A DNA stretch of 43,892 nt from assembly GCF_001194135.2 (NCBI RefSeq), contig NC_068986.1:39859450-39903341 (forward strand), given 5' to 3'. The notes under the pieces are model-generated. The model had not been told where the DNA came from. It made no database searches and worked only from the letters and a program-made list of their open reading frames with translations. Every line of letters begins with the position of its first letter. Position 1 is the stretch's first letter. Positions 21,529 through 33,129 of this stretch are shown here, piece after piece. Origin of the DNA: Octopus bimaculoides (lineage: Eukaryota). The position numbers and the translations under genes are program-made.

Positions 21529-22559
21529 AGTGTTGACTAGGGCAGGGTATTGTACATTATATTTGCGAGCTATTTCATCAGTTCTATATAGTTGGTTATT
21601 CCTTTCGTACATTATTCGCCAACAATATCTTCAGTTTGCAGATTGTCAATTACGCTACTTTTAATCATTCCTTCTATTTCATAAGCACTAAAAGGACATA
21701 TGCTTCCTCTCTCTTTCTTAGTCCAACTGGAAAGCAATAAGTAAGCCATCACAAATATTCCGTGTACGCCATTCGCGCTTGATAGGCCTTTGCAGTTGTT
21801 CTATGAATTCATAAATCTCGTTAATGCATGTATCGAGTGTATTGAAGGTTCTCGTTGGTATTGTACTGTAAGGCAGCTTTAAGATTCACTTTAGTAGAGT
21901 CTATGAACAGCCACCATTCTCCTGGGTCCTAGTCACAGCCAATCTCTTGCATGAGACCACTGATATCATTGCAGAAATAAACGCTTTGCTCCCGTAAGAG
22001 AAGAAAGATACTTCATATGAAGATGGAGCAATATAGAAATACGATGTTTGCAAACCAAGCACCTCTACCTTTTCGTTTACTAATTCCAAACTGCACACCA
22101 GGTTCTCTAACTTTGCTTGATATAGCAGAATGTAGCAAATTATTTGCATGTTGTCAATATGGGTTATCTCTCTTTGTTTCCATCAGAAGTGTTGTTCATG
22201 ATCGTTGACGGGGAAGACTAGAAGCTCTACTTTGCCAATGTAATGAGGTAGATCAATCTTCACGAGAAATTTAGCTGTTGATTAAATTCGTCCTGCACCT
22301 GACAAGCAGCTGTTCTCCACAGGTCGGCAGCACACGGACACTGAAAGAATGTTCTTTCGCTTTGCCTACAACTCAGACAAGGTCAGGTTTTGTTACGAAC
22401 CAGCTATGCCTCCTGTAGCTCTACCAGGCCAAGAGCTCTGGAAAGTCTTCGGTGATCCCTGACCTAAATATCTTTTAGAAAAGACTAGTAAATCTGTTCT
22501 CGTTAACTTTCAGAATCGTTCCCAGACCAAAGTCGCTCATACCCTCCATTAACCTTCCA

Positions 22560-23900
22560 AATCAGTGCATTGTTTTTCTGTGATTATTATTATTTCTGAT
22601 TTTTGCTCTTGCTATTGCAGTCTTTGTAGAAGTCGTTTTTTATGCTGCAATTGCTGCTTTGACTGCCGATGTTGTTTCATTTGTAGCAGTCGTGATAGTT
22701 GTAGCAGCAATAGAAAGAAGTGTTCATCCTCTTTCCCGAAAAGCATAACACTCAGAAGTGGTCTCTTTTCCCATAAACTTAACCTTTGTCTGCGATTGCA
22801 ACCAGTATTTGCTCACTCTTCGAAGCAAAAATACTAGAGAGATACCTGAAAGTTCTGCAGATACAAGCAATATCAGAACCATCATATCACTGGAACTCTA
22901 GTGATATTCCCGTTCAGTTATGACTTCTTCATATTCCTCATCCTTTACCATTGGTTTGGTCTCTGTAGACTACATAAATGTGACTGGCTTTGTTTATTTT
23001 CCCCAAATACAGTAGGAACCGACCGTAAGGCCGTTTTTAACCTCCTCCAACTGGTTACCTAAGCAACCTGCACCCGATATATATTGCAAGCAGGGGAGAT
23101 ATCTAGCAGACGGTGGGACCACCAAACCGTACGGTTTCGAGCTATTTGTGCTTATCCTCAGTGGCGGACACTCGTCCGCAAGACATAGTAGTAATCCGCT
23201 CCGGCTCGCAATATATAGAAAAATAAGTGACAACCAGTCACTGATTTTGCAACAAGCAAAGTAGCTAGTTAGAAAATCTCTATTAGAGATGAAGTAGTAA
23301 CTATACTGAGAAGTAATGTTTATCACCACTTCAATATGGCTGCCCTGGTAATACAAAAACGGCAATAACGTCAGTTCCTACGGAACAGCCATATTGTAGT
23401 GGCGATGAACTACATTCATTTCTTGCAGAGATTTTCTAACTAGATTACTTTTGACTTAATGATTTGTGCTTCTTAGATTTGATAACAGGGGTAGCATTGG
23501 AAGATATTGTTTTGTGGAATTCAGGATGCAGTTTTTGAGATTGTTTGATTACAAAGGGAATAATTCTATTTGTGTCTTACATTTCTTTGAGAGAGATTTT
23601 TCTGAAGATGGAGACTGGTATTTGTTTGAACTCAAGTCAGGGATGATTTATCTTACTTTTTGTCTTCGGACAAATATTTTAAAATTCTTCCAGTCATCTC
23701 TAGATAAATCTGTAACACTTGCATTTAATGGTCTCCTTTTTTGCCCTCCACTGGAATGGACGTTCATTGACTGGTTGTGGAACAAAGAGTACAGTCTTTC
23801 TTGTGGTGTCCTCATTACTGTTACTCGTTGTCGCCTTTTGCATTAGTTGTTATTATTTTTGCTCTTATTGACTTTCTGTTTCTGTTGCCGTTGCTGTTAT
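22560..23900 (-). mobile_element. Possible very decayed non-LTR ORF1-like remnant
   Basis: GKRPL..CYAF.ERG* resembles a decayed zinc knuckle; low-complexity flanks like 5930-6100; weak. Confidence 0.25.
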
Positions 23901-24059
23901 TGCCGCAAATGGTAGTGTAGGTGTTCATATCTGCACGTTGTTGGTGTTACATGAATACAATAGTGCTAGTGTTGACTATGACGTCAATGATCATAGTGGC
24001 AATGCTAGCAGCGTTGGTGGCTGTTACAAGGACGCTGTTGCTGTCCTGTTTAACTGTTG

Positions 24060-24135
24060 TAGAATTTCTTTCTCTCTTTCTTCTTCTCTTTCTTCTCTCT
24101 CTCTCTTTCTCTCTCCCTCTCTTTCTTCCCATCGC
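24060..24135. repeat. (CT)/(CTT)-rich polypyrimidine repeat
   Basis: Directly visible. Confidence 0.85.
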
Positions 24136-24434
24136 TCTCTACTACTCTCAAATTCCGAGGAGAATATTATGATGCAATTGTTGAAGGCTATGCTTTTTAT
24201 TTAATCAAATTATGAATTTATTAAAAACAATAACTGTTCAAACAGAATATGACCATGTAGTGAGGTCGACATAATATGAAAACCATCATATTGCTTCTCC
24301 ATTTCTCTACAATATTTTAAGCACAATATTAATGCATGCAAATCTCTTATTGCGACAAAACCGAAGTTAAACTGGTGTAATTACAGAGCACATAACCCCA
24401 TGATAATTAAGGTGAATGCATTATAATAATAATT

Positions 24435-24644
24435 TTGATTTCGAATTTTGGCGCAAAGCCAGAAATTTTGTGGGAGGGGAGAAGTCAATTACAGTCATGC
24501 CAGTGCTCGACTGGTACTTATTTCATCGACTCTCGAAAAGATAAAAAGCAAATTGGACCTCAGCGGAATTCAGAGCGTAAAGACGGACGACATGCTTAGT
24601 GCCATTTTGTCCGGCGCGGTAAAGATTCTGTCATCTCACCATCC

Positions 24645-24645
<1 letters not shown>
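24435..24645 (-). mobile_element. SINE family C, full length
   Basis: gaattttggcgcaaagccag...ctggtacttatttcatcgac...gacctcagcggaattcagagcgtaaagacggacga...ttttgtccggcg. Confidence 0.85.
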
Positions 24646-24712
<67 letters not shown>

Positions 24713-24736
24713 GATAGATAGATAGATAGATAGATA
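24646..24736. repeat. (TAA)n followed by (GATA)n
   Basis: Directly visible. Confidence 0.97.
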
Positions 24737-25508
24737 GAAAAGTTCTTTACTTTTGTATACGATTGACACAATTATTTTATATATATATANNNNNNNNNNN
24801 NNNNNNNNNNNNNNNNNNNNNNNNNNNNNNNNNNNNNNNNNNNNNNNNNNNNNNNNNNNNNNNNNNNNNNNNNNNNNNNNNNNNNNNNNNNNNNNNNNNN
24901 NNNNNNNNNNNNNNNNNNNNNNNNNNNNNNNNNNNNNNNNNNNNNNNNNNNNNNNNNNNNNNNNNNNNNNNNNNNNNNNNNNNNNNNNNNNNNNNNNNNN
25001 NNNNNNNNNNNNNNNNNNNNNNNNNNNNNNNNNNNNNNNNNNNNNNNNNNNNNNNNNNNNNNNNNNNNNNNNNNNNNNNNNNNNNNNNNNNNNNNNNNNN
25101 NNNNNNNNNNNNNNNNNNNNNNNNNNNNNNNNNNNNNNNNNNNNNNNNNNNNNNNNNNNNNNNNNNNNNNNNNNNNNNNNNNNNNNNNNNNNNNNNNNNN
25201 NNNNNNNNNNNNNNNNNNNNNNNNNNNNNNNNNNNNNNNNNNNNNNNNNNNNNNNNNNNNNNNNNNNNNNNNNNNNNNNNNNNNNNNNNNNNNNNNNNNN
25301 NNNNNNNNNNNNNNNNNNNNNNNNNNNNNNNNNNNNNNNNNNNNNNNNNNNNNNNNNNNNNNTAGCTACAAGACAAAAAAAAAAGACACTGTCTTCTCTG
25401 CTTAGTTAAAGGAGGGCGGCGGGGCAATCATCATTATGGAGTCGGCTGATAGCCAGATTCGTACCACACACGACAGCTTCTGTTCGACATATATATAATA
25501 ATAATAAT

Positions 25509-25546
25509 CTGGAAATATAGATAACCCGAATGTGGAGCCTAAAAAC

Positions 25547-25586
<40 letters not shown>

Positions 25587-25805
25587 GATCAACATCGCCA
25601 AGATGTAGCAGCTGCGAGAGTCAAACATAAAGGTTGTCCCTGTTGTCATCGGAGCATTGGGTCTAATACCACCCAACCTGAACAAGCATCTGGAAACTTT
25701 AGAAATACTCTACAATTTTGGTGTATTACAAAAATCAGCTTTACTTGGAACTGCACTCATACTGTGTAAAGTACTTTCTGTCTGAGATCCTTGTTGTGAC
25801 TTGGC
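25509..25805 (+). mobile_element. Two 5'-truncated R4/Dong-like 3' fragments separated by (TAA)n
   Basis: 25509-25547 reads LEI*ITRMWSLKT; 25587-25785 reads INIAKM*QLRESNIKVVPVVIGALGLIPPNLNKHLETL...LQKSALLGTALILCKVLSV*. Confidence 0.85.
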
Positions 25806-25959
25806 AGGTAGTACAAACACCCGGTAGACCCTCCTATGTAGGTAATAGTGAAGAAAGGTTATCAAGAGCTGCTAATGTCACAGGAGGACATAAGGAAACC
25901 AAAAAACCAAATGAAGTTAAAAACCAGAAAAAAGAACAAAAGTTATCTGACGGTCGAGA

Positions 25960-26740
25960 GAATAGTAATGAAACACGGTTATGGTTGCAGAAAGAAAGGC
26001 TGAAAAAGTAGACAAAATTTGTTAGTAGCTGCACAAGATCAAGCATTAAGGACTAATTGGATAAAAGTCAAAATAATCATAAACCAAGTAGATTTCCAAT
26101 GTAGGTTGTGTAAATGAAAAGAGGTAAGTGTTACTCATATAGTAAGTGAATGTAGCGTGTTGGCACAGAAAGAATACAAGGAAATACATGACAACCTAGG
26201 GAGAGTAATCCACTGGGAGTTATGTAGAAAGCTAGAATTTGACCACACTGATGAATGATATGAACAGGAACCTAGTAAAGTACTAGAAAGTAAAAAAATA
26301 CAAGATGTTGTGGAACTTTAGCATTCAGACGGACAGAGTAATAGAAGCTGATTTAGTAGTCGTAGATAAAGGGAATAGAAAGTGCGAGATAATTGACTTT
26401 ACTGTCTCAAATGATGAGAATGTCAATATGAAAGGTATAGAGAAAATAGCAAAGTACCAGGACCTCGCCATTGAATTACAGAAACTACGAAAAGTGCGGG
26501 TAAAATGTATCTCTGTAGTTATAGGTGCATTAGGAACTGTTCCTAAAGATTTGAACAGATGGATAGAAGAAACAGGAATAAAACCCAGTTTAGTACAACT
26601 TCAGAAAACTGTTATTAGGGAGAGCTAGGATACTTCAGAGGGTTCTTGGCATCTAAGATTACTTGTTGTAGCCCGATGTTAGGAATTTTTCTTTTCCAAC
26701 AGTTTAATTTGTTGAGCGTATATGAAATAATAATAAACTA
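25960..26740 (+). mobile_element. R4/Dong-like LINE 3' portion (CCHC finger plus restriction-like endonuclease)
   Basis: AAQDQALRTNW; CRLCK..VTHIVSECSVLAQKEYKEIHDNLGRVIHWELC; ORF 26305-26628 WNFSIQTDRVIEADLVVVDK..IIDF...KYQDLA..VVIGALG; ends near aataataataa. Confidence 0.92.
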
Positions 26741-26918
26741 CAAGAAAGTCACCAATGCAAAGCTGATATAGTCAGAATATAGACAACAGGTCTGCAGCAA
26801 ATAAAATATTATTAAATGATAATAACAGTAGGACTAGAAAAACTCTTAAAAAGTTAGGAAAGGGAAACTGGTATAATAAGGAAACGCGAGGAAACAAAAA
26901 CAAAACGAAAACGTTTTT

Positions 26919-26920
<2 letters not shown>

Positions 26921-26976
<56 letters not shown>
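26921..26976. repeat. (CA)n microsatellite
   Basis: Directly visible. Confidence 0.97.
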
Positions 26977-26981
<5 letters not shown>

Positions 26982-27229
26982 TATATTTGTATACATATCA
27001 AGAAACAGAATACATACAAGAAACTAACTACACAGAAGTAAAAGATTTAGATTGAGAAACGCACCAGAAAAAATTTAAATAATGCAAAATACATAATCAA
27101 AACGAAATCAAAAAAATATTATTCTGAAAACAAAATGGAGAAAAAAACCTCTCCATGAGTAAGTAAAATCCCGCTTGATTCAACAAGTAGGGAATAAGCT
27201 AGAGTAAAAGTTTAACAGTTACTCAAAAA

Positions 27230-27860
27230 CTGTAGGCTAAAAACCAGAAATACATCAGGTTCTAGCTGGGTTAGACCAATACCTAGCCATAAACAACTAA
27301 AGAAATAAAATAGCATAAGATAGTAACATTAAATACAGACTATGAAATCAGTACAATAAGACAATTCATTTCGTCATTTCCGGTTGCTGAGTCCCTGCCA
27401 AGTCAAAGTATATTCATAGACACGATCCATTTAGCGGCTATCTGGGCAATACACCAACACCTTGACGTAAAAATGGACAAGAGCTTGTATAAATATTAAT
27501 AAAACGCTGTGCAAAACAACCTGACCACGATTATATAGGATGTAATTGCCAAAGCTGACAAGGAAATGTTGTCGAACCAAAGTACCTCTATACTGATAGA
27601 CACACAATTATTTTTTGCTAAATATTAACCGGAAGGAGGTGGAGAGCCTATCAAAATACGATGATCTTGAAATATGATCGTGAAAGTGAACTGCGGAGCA
27701 TGCAAACATAGACAATAGCCGTAATAAAAGAAGCATTAATTATAAAATATGAACAAAAGAAATTTAAACCATACAAGGACTTTACAACGTGATACATATT
27801 GTAAAAAGCTCTGCCAAGTACAATCCACATAATATATAAGATACATCGTATATAAGACAC
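27230..27860 (+). mobile_element. Very decayed R4/Dong-like 3' portion
   Basis: LAGLDQYLA; YIHRHDPFSGYLG (HRHD); SKYDDLEI; TIAVIKEAL; same motif order as 25960-26740. Confidence 0.6.
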
Positions 27861-28224
27861 TTTCAATTCAATTGCACACATTAAATAGTAAACACACAAA
27901 CAGAACACGTATTTTATTCAAGAAGCTTCCAATAGCATACGTGTTCCTACATAACCAACACACGACATTTTGATAGTAATCGCTCACACAGCTTACATTC
28001 TACATCGATAAAACCACACACCGCATGCTCTACACAATCAATGCCCCAATACCAACACAGCACCAAACTTATTGGTTCATTCGATTGCACTCGAATGAAT
28101 GAAGCGAACAGAGTTTTGGAGAACTCAGCTCAATCGAGACAGAAAAATTTTAATGTTTTATTTTTTTATATATTTATATGTTTTAATTAGTGTTTATTTT
28201 ATCATACTTTTTATTTCTGTGTAA

Positions 28225-28400
28225 ATATATGTGCATGAATGTTTGCGTGTGTGCGTGTGTGTACGTGTACGTGTGTGTGTGTGTATGTCTGCATATGCAT
28301 ATGTGTGTGCATGTATGCATGCATGTATGTATGTATGTATGTATGTATGTATGTATGTATGTATGTATGTGTATATATATATATATATACATACATGCAT
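28225..28400. repeat. (TG)/(TATG)n/(TA)n compound microsatellite
   Basis: Directly visible. Confidence 0.95.
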
Positions 28401-28684
28401 ACAGAGTGCGTCAGTTTTTTTGAAGTCATTTGCATGAATTTAGAAAAAGACGCAAATTGGTTCAAATAAACTTGAGAATCCTTTTATCACACCTATTCAA
28501 TGAATCCACCCTAAGCATCATTGGTGGGTTTAATACGGGTCAGAAGCGTTGACATGCCCGAATCAGGTGATGATCATCAATTTTGGACACAGTGCTGGCT
28601 ATAGCAGACTTGAAAGATTGTATGGAGTTTATTGGAGCATTGATCTCCCTCCTTCCCTCCCTCTCCCCCCCTCTCTCTCTCTCT

Positions 28685-29625
28685 CGATTACACCCATACA
28701 TAATAGTTCAGTGAAGCAAAGTCTGGTAAACTAGGAGGCAATGTGTCTAGGAGAACTTGATCATGGAGATTTTACACGCATCTGCGCTTGGGCTGTCCTA
28801 GCCTTATGAGAAAATGCAAACTCTTTTTGGAAGATGTACAATCTTCCGTTGTATACGCTGTCTATTCAGAGCCTCACAACTTTCTCCAACACCTGTGTAG
28901 ACAGCGGCATTGTCTTAAGGCCTGTGAAAAAGGGAAGAGACATGACATCTCCCTCGTTTCTCACGACCCCCCAGAACCATCCCAGTTGCTGAGAACTTAG
29001 TATGCATGACAGTTGGAACCTCATTCGGGTCTCATTACAATCATCTGTCGTTCCTTCGGTTCATTTTTTGGTCCTGATCGAAGTTTTTCTCATCAGAGAT
29101 AAACCAAAGCATTCCAGACTGTTTTATCTCGTTTAGCAAGCACGTTGCACGGATCAAACGATTCTCTCTTGTCACCTCCGATATAAACTGATCCCTCCGC
29201 ATTACATACAACTTCTACCGGAAATCCTCAGGCACAACTCTTCCGATGGTGCACTGTGAAACCTTGAGGTCTTTTGCAATGGCTCTGATTGACTTTCTGG
29301 TTTTTTTTAATCGATTATTTCTTGGATTTTTTGTACAAAGTTATATATTCTGATGATATGAAGACCCTGTGCATACGTTTTACGTTGGATTCCCGTTAGC
29401 AGTTTCCAGATTCTCACGAACTTTGACAACAAAAGATCGAGTAACATTCAGGAAGTGAACTATTTCTGTATCACTATGGTGTGCTTTTAAGGCGACGATT
29501 ACAGCCTGTCTCTTCCTTTGTTTAGTCAATCTCATGTCTGACATCATTTAAGACAAAATAAACATTGAAGTTAGAAGAAAGTTAGAACTCTTGAAAGAGG
29601 CGTTCTCAAAATATTGACGTACCTT
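28685..29625 (-). mobile_element. Tc1/mariner-superfamily element, maT/DD37D-like transposase pseudogene
   Basis: MRLTKQRKRQAVIVALKAHHSDTEIVHFLNVTRSFVVKVR; KSIRAIAKDLKVSQCTI; WFISDEKNFDQDQKMNRRNDR; VMHTKFSATGMVLGVVSNEG; ...LPPSLPDFASLNYYVW; stops and frameshifts. Confidence 0.88.
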
Positions 29626-30363
29626 ATATATATACATACACACACGCACACACGCACACATACGCACACACACACACACACACACACACNNNNNNNNNNN
29701 NNNNNNNNNNNNNNNNNNNNNNNNNNNNNNNNNNNNNNNNNNNNNNNNNNNNNNNNNNNNNNNNNNNNNNNNNNNNNNNNNNNNNNNNNNNNNNNNNNNN
29801 NNNNNNNNNNNNNNNNNNNNNNNNNNNNNNNNNNNNNNNNNNNNNNNNNNNNNNNNNNNNNNNNNNNNNNNNNNNNNNNNNNNNNNNNNNNNNNNNNNNN
29901 NNNNNNNNNNNNNNNNNNNNNNNNNNNNNNNNNNNNNNNNNNNNNNNNNNNNNNNNNNNNNNNNNNNNNNNNNNNNNNNNNNNNNNNNNNNNNNNNNNNN
30001 NNNNNNNNNNNNNNNNNNNNNNNNNNNNNNNNNNNNNNNNNNNNNNNNNNNNNNNNNNNNNNNNNNNNNNNNNNNNNNNNNNNNNNNNNNNNNNNNNNNN
30101 NNNNNNNNNNNNNNNNNNNNNNNNNNNNNNNNNNNNNNNNNNNNNNNNNNNNNNNNNNNNNNNNNNNNNNNNNNNNNNNNNNNNNNNNNNNNNNNNNNNN
30201 NNNNNNNNNNNNNNNNNNNNNNNNNNNNNNNNNNNNNNNNNNNNNNNNNNNNNNNNNNNNNNNNNNNNNNNNNNNNNNNNNNNNNNNNNNNNNNNNNNNN
30301 NNNNNNNNNNNNNNNNNNNNNNNNNNNNNNNNNNNNNNNNNNNNNNNNNNNNNNNNNNNNNNN

Positions 30364-30545
30364 GGGGGGGGGGACAGTGAGTTATCTTGGAAAATGCCTC
30401 TTCTTATAAACATAAGACTAGTTTTCATGGCAGTCTCCTTGTTTTTCAATGATAAAACAGTCTTCCTTTTGCACGATTGGTATATTCTGGCAATGCTGGA
30501 GCTACCTTGTTTATGTGGAATGATTCCAGTATTCACGACACACAA
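30364..30545 (-). mobile_element. R4/Dong-like RT fragment running into a gap
   Basis: WKTVL-like stretch then FIRRGIFQDNSLSP (RGIFQGDSLSP motif). Confidence 0.75.
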
Positions 30546-30552
30546 ATGCTCT

Positions 30553-30718
30553 ATCATCATCATCATCATCATCATCGTCGTCGTCGTCGTCGTCGTCATC
30601 ATCATGATCACCATTAACACCATTATCATCATCTATGAATATAATTATTATTTATATACATATATATATATATATATATATGCATATAAATACATACATA
30701 TACACACACATACACGCA

Positions 30719-30749
<31 letters not shown>

Positions 30750-31062
30750 ATACATATATATATANNNNNNNNNNNNNNNNNNNNNNNNNNNNNNNNNNNN
30801 NNNNNNNNNNNNNNNNNNNNNNNNNNNNNNNNNNNNNNNNNNNNNNNNNNNNNNNNNNNNNNNNNNNNNNNNNNNNNNNNNNNNNNNNNNNNNNNNNNNN
30901 NNNNNNNNNNNNNNNNNNNNNNNNNNNNNNNNNNNNNNNNNNNNNNNNNNNNNNNNNNNNNNNNNNNNNNNNNNNNNNNNNNNNNNNNNNNNNNNNNNNN
31001 NNNNNNNNNNNNNNNNNNNNNNNNNNNNNNNNNNNCATATAAATATATATATATACATATAT

Positions 31063-31095
<33 letters not shown>

Positions 31096-31135
31096 CACAC
31101 ATGCGCGCATACGCACACGCACACACACACATATT
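30553..31135. repeat. (ATC)/(GTC)n and (TA)/(CA) microsatellites around a gap
   Basis: Directly visible. Confidence 0.93.
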
Positions 31136-31806
31136 CACACATAAATATTCTGTATTTCTTTAGTCTTTATGAATTTTTCAATATGTTTACTTTATCACGT
31201 TCTAACCTCCCCTCTCCTGCTTGCTTTTATGTAACTTGGTCACGTCCATCTCCACACGTTTTGTAAAGATTATGTCTACGTTTTTGTTTTTCCATTGTAT
31301 TAATGAGTAGCCGACAGCTCATCTCCATTGCATGGATGTTTCCGATCACGTCTATCGTTTAAGACAAACCTCGAGACAATTTTAACCAATGAGTGAGGGG
31401 AAATTTTTTTCGTATTCAAAAACCAAAGCAAATTTCAAATTTTGTCTCAGCACATTTTTATTTCCAGTTATGGCAAAACTGGCATTTCCCTTAATCATAA
31501 CCACTTAGTAAGTAGGTAGCAGAGGCTGTATTCCCAGTGTATGGGAATGGTTACTTTTCAGTACATACGCACGTAAAACTCACTTTCATAGTTTTGTAAA
31601 AGGTTTGGTGAGTTTTTGACCAGCAAAAGATGTTCACAGTTACGCAGCGCTCTATTCTCCGTAACGCCAGGAAAAAAGCATTTCTCTCACATGTTCTTCC
31701 TCTCCGATTCTCTCCGACGTTTTGATATACATTCATAATGAAAAAAAGCATGCAAAATTTCCGTTATAAATACATACATAACGTTATATATATATATATA
31801 TATATA

Positions 31807-31952
31807 TTACTCTTTTACTTGTTTCAGTCATTTGACTGCGGCCATGCTGGAGCACCACCTTTAGTCGAGCAAATCAACCTCAGGACTTATTCTTTGTAAG
31901 CCTAGTACTTATTCTATCGGTCTCTTTTGCCGAACCGCTAAAAACGGGGACA
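31807..31952 (-). mobile_element. SINE family A 3' part, well preserved
   Basis: tactcttttacttgtttcagtcatttgactgcggccatgctggagcacc...tattctatcggtctcttttgccgaaccgcta. Confidence 0.92.
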
Positions 31953-32320
31953 TGTGTGTGTATGTGTGTGTATGTGCGTGTGTGTGTGTGTGCATTTATG
32001 TATGTGTTGTGTGTGCGTGTGGTGTGTGTGGGAGGTACATGTGCTGTCATGTCTGTGTGCGCGCGTGCGTATGTGTATGCGCATATGTGCATGTGTGTGT
32101 ATGTATGCATGTGTGTGCATGTGTGCGCGTGTGTGTGCGTGTGTGTATGCGTGTGTGTGTGTGCGTTTATGTACGTGTGTGTATGTGTTTGCATGTATGT
32201 GTGTGATGTGTGTGTGTGTGATGTGTGGGAGAGGTATATGTACGTTCATGTGTGCGCGTGCGTATATGTGTGCGTGTATATATGAGTGTATGTATGTGTG
32301 CATGCGTGTGTGTATATATA
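31952..32320. repeat. Degenerate (TG)/(TGCG)/(TATG) microsatellite
   Basis: Directly visible. Confidence 0.93.
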
Positions 32321-32494
32321 AAAATGAAATAAAATAAGAGTGATAAAATAATTGAGAAAAAAAGAAAAAATACAAATTGAAGAAATAAAAAATGAAAACA
32401 AAAACCAATTAAGAAATATTAATAAAACAATAAAAGGATAAATAAAAAAATAACCGATACAAGATTAAAAACAAAAATTAAAGGGATAAATTTG

Positions 32495-32754
32495 AAATTA
32501 TATCGTGAATTAAAGGAGTTGAAGAAAAGTATTGCAAATCCAACAGCTGTTTCTGGGGGTTCGGTGGTCCAAAATAATATTTGTAGATTGATTCCATCGT
32601 AGGATGAGACGAACCTCCTTCTTCAGGGAAGAGATTTTACATTTGAGATGTTAAAGGAAAGAAGTTCAAAGATAGATTTGGACTACCGAGCCCCAGAAAC
32701 AGCTGCTGGATTTGTAATACTTTTCTTCAACCCCTTTAATTCACGATATAATTT
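32495..32754. repeat. 260-bp palindromic (foldback/MITE-like) element with 79/78-bp arms
   Basis: Arm 32495-32573 vs reverse complement of 32677-32754: 5 substitutions and 1 indel; 103-nt spacer. Confidence 0.92.
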
Positions 32755-33129
32755 GTATTTTGTGTAAGTCGGGCCTTTCTGTATGTAAATATATATACAA
32801 TTTTTGTATTTTATGTGTTTAATATACTTTATATATTGATCTGTCTAACTTGCTTTGTCCCTACATTTACTGCTATACTACATTTATTCCTNNNNNNNNN
32901 NNNNNNNNNNNNNNNNNNNNNNNNNNNNNNNNNNNNNNNNNNNNNNNNNNNNNNNNNNNNNNNNNNNNNNNNNNNNNNNNNNNNNNNNNNNNNNNNNNNN
33001 NNNNNNNNNNNNNNNNNNNNNNNNNNNNNNNNNNNNNNNNNNNNNNNNNNNNNNNNNNNNNNNNNNNNNNNNNNNNNNNNNNNNNNNNNNNNNNNNNNNN
33101 NNNNNNNNNNNNNNNNNNNATTCATGCAT

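Larger units (their letters stand above)
19725..22500 (-). mobile_element. Chapaev-3-like (CMC superfamily) DNA transposon remnant, split by nested insertions
   Basis: Collinear minus-strand motifs: QAKLENLVCSLELVNEKVEVLG; YFCNDISGLMQEIGCD*DPGEWWLFIDS; KHMSF*CL*NRRND; KYNVQYPALV; PLLIKLGLMKKFVRG...FQYLKDKF; YRSENYSKLVDSML; MHFFLHS..FF..VGAV..ERFQQQI...KYQ...MIGDYYWFL. Putative terminus tta|CACTG at 19725. Confidence 0.8.

Noticed and set aside
25390-25470. KEGGGAIIIMES fragment resembling Penelope RT (ADKGGAIVIM)
   Set aside because: Too short and adjacent to a gap for a confident call
29571-31266. The longest ORF-track entries (550 aa, 353 aa), and others at 24753-25427, 39524-40574 and 6810-7499
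   Set aside because: Length comes from N-runs translated as X
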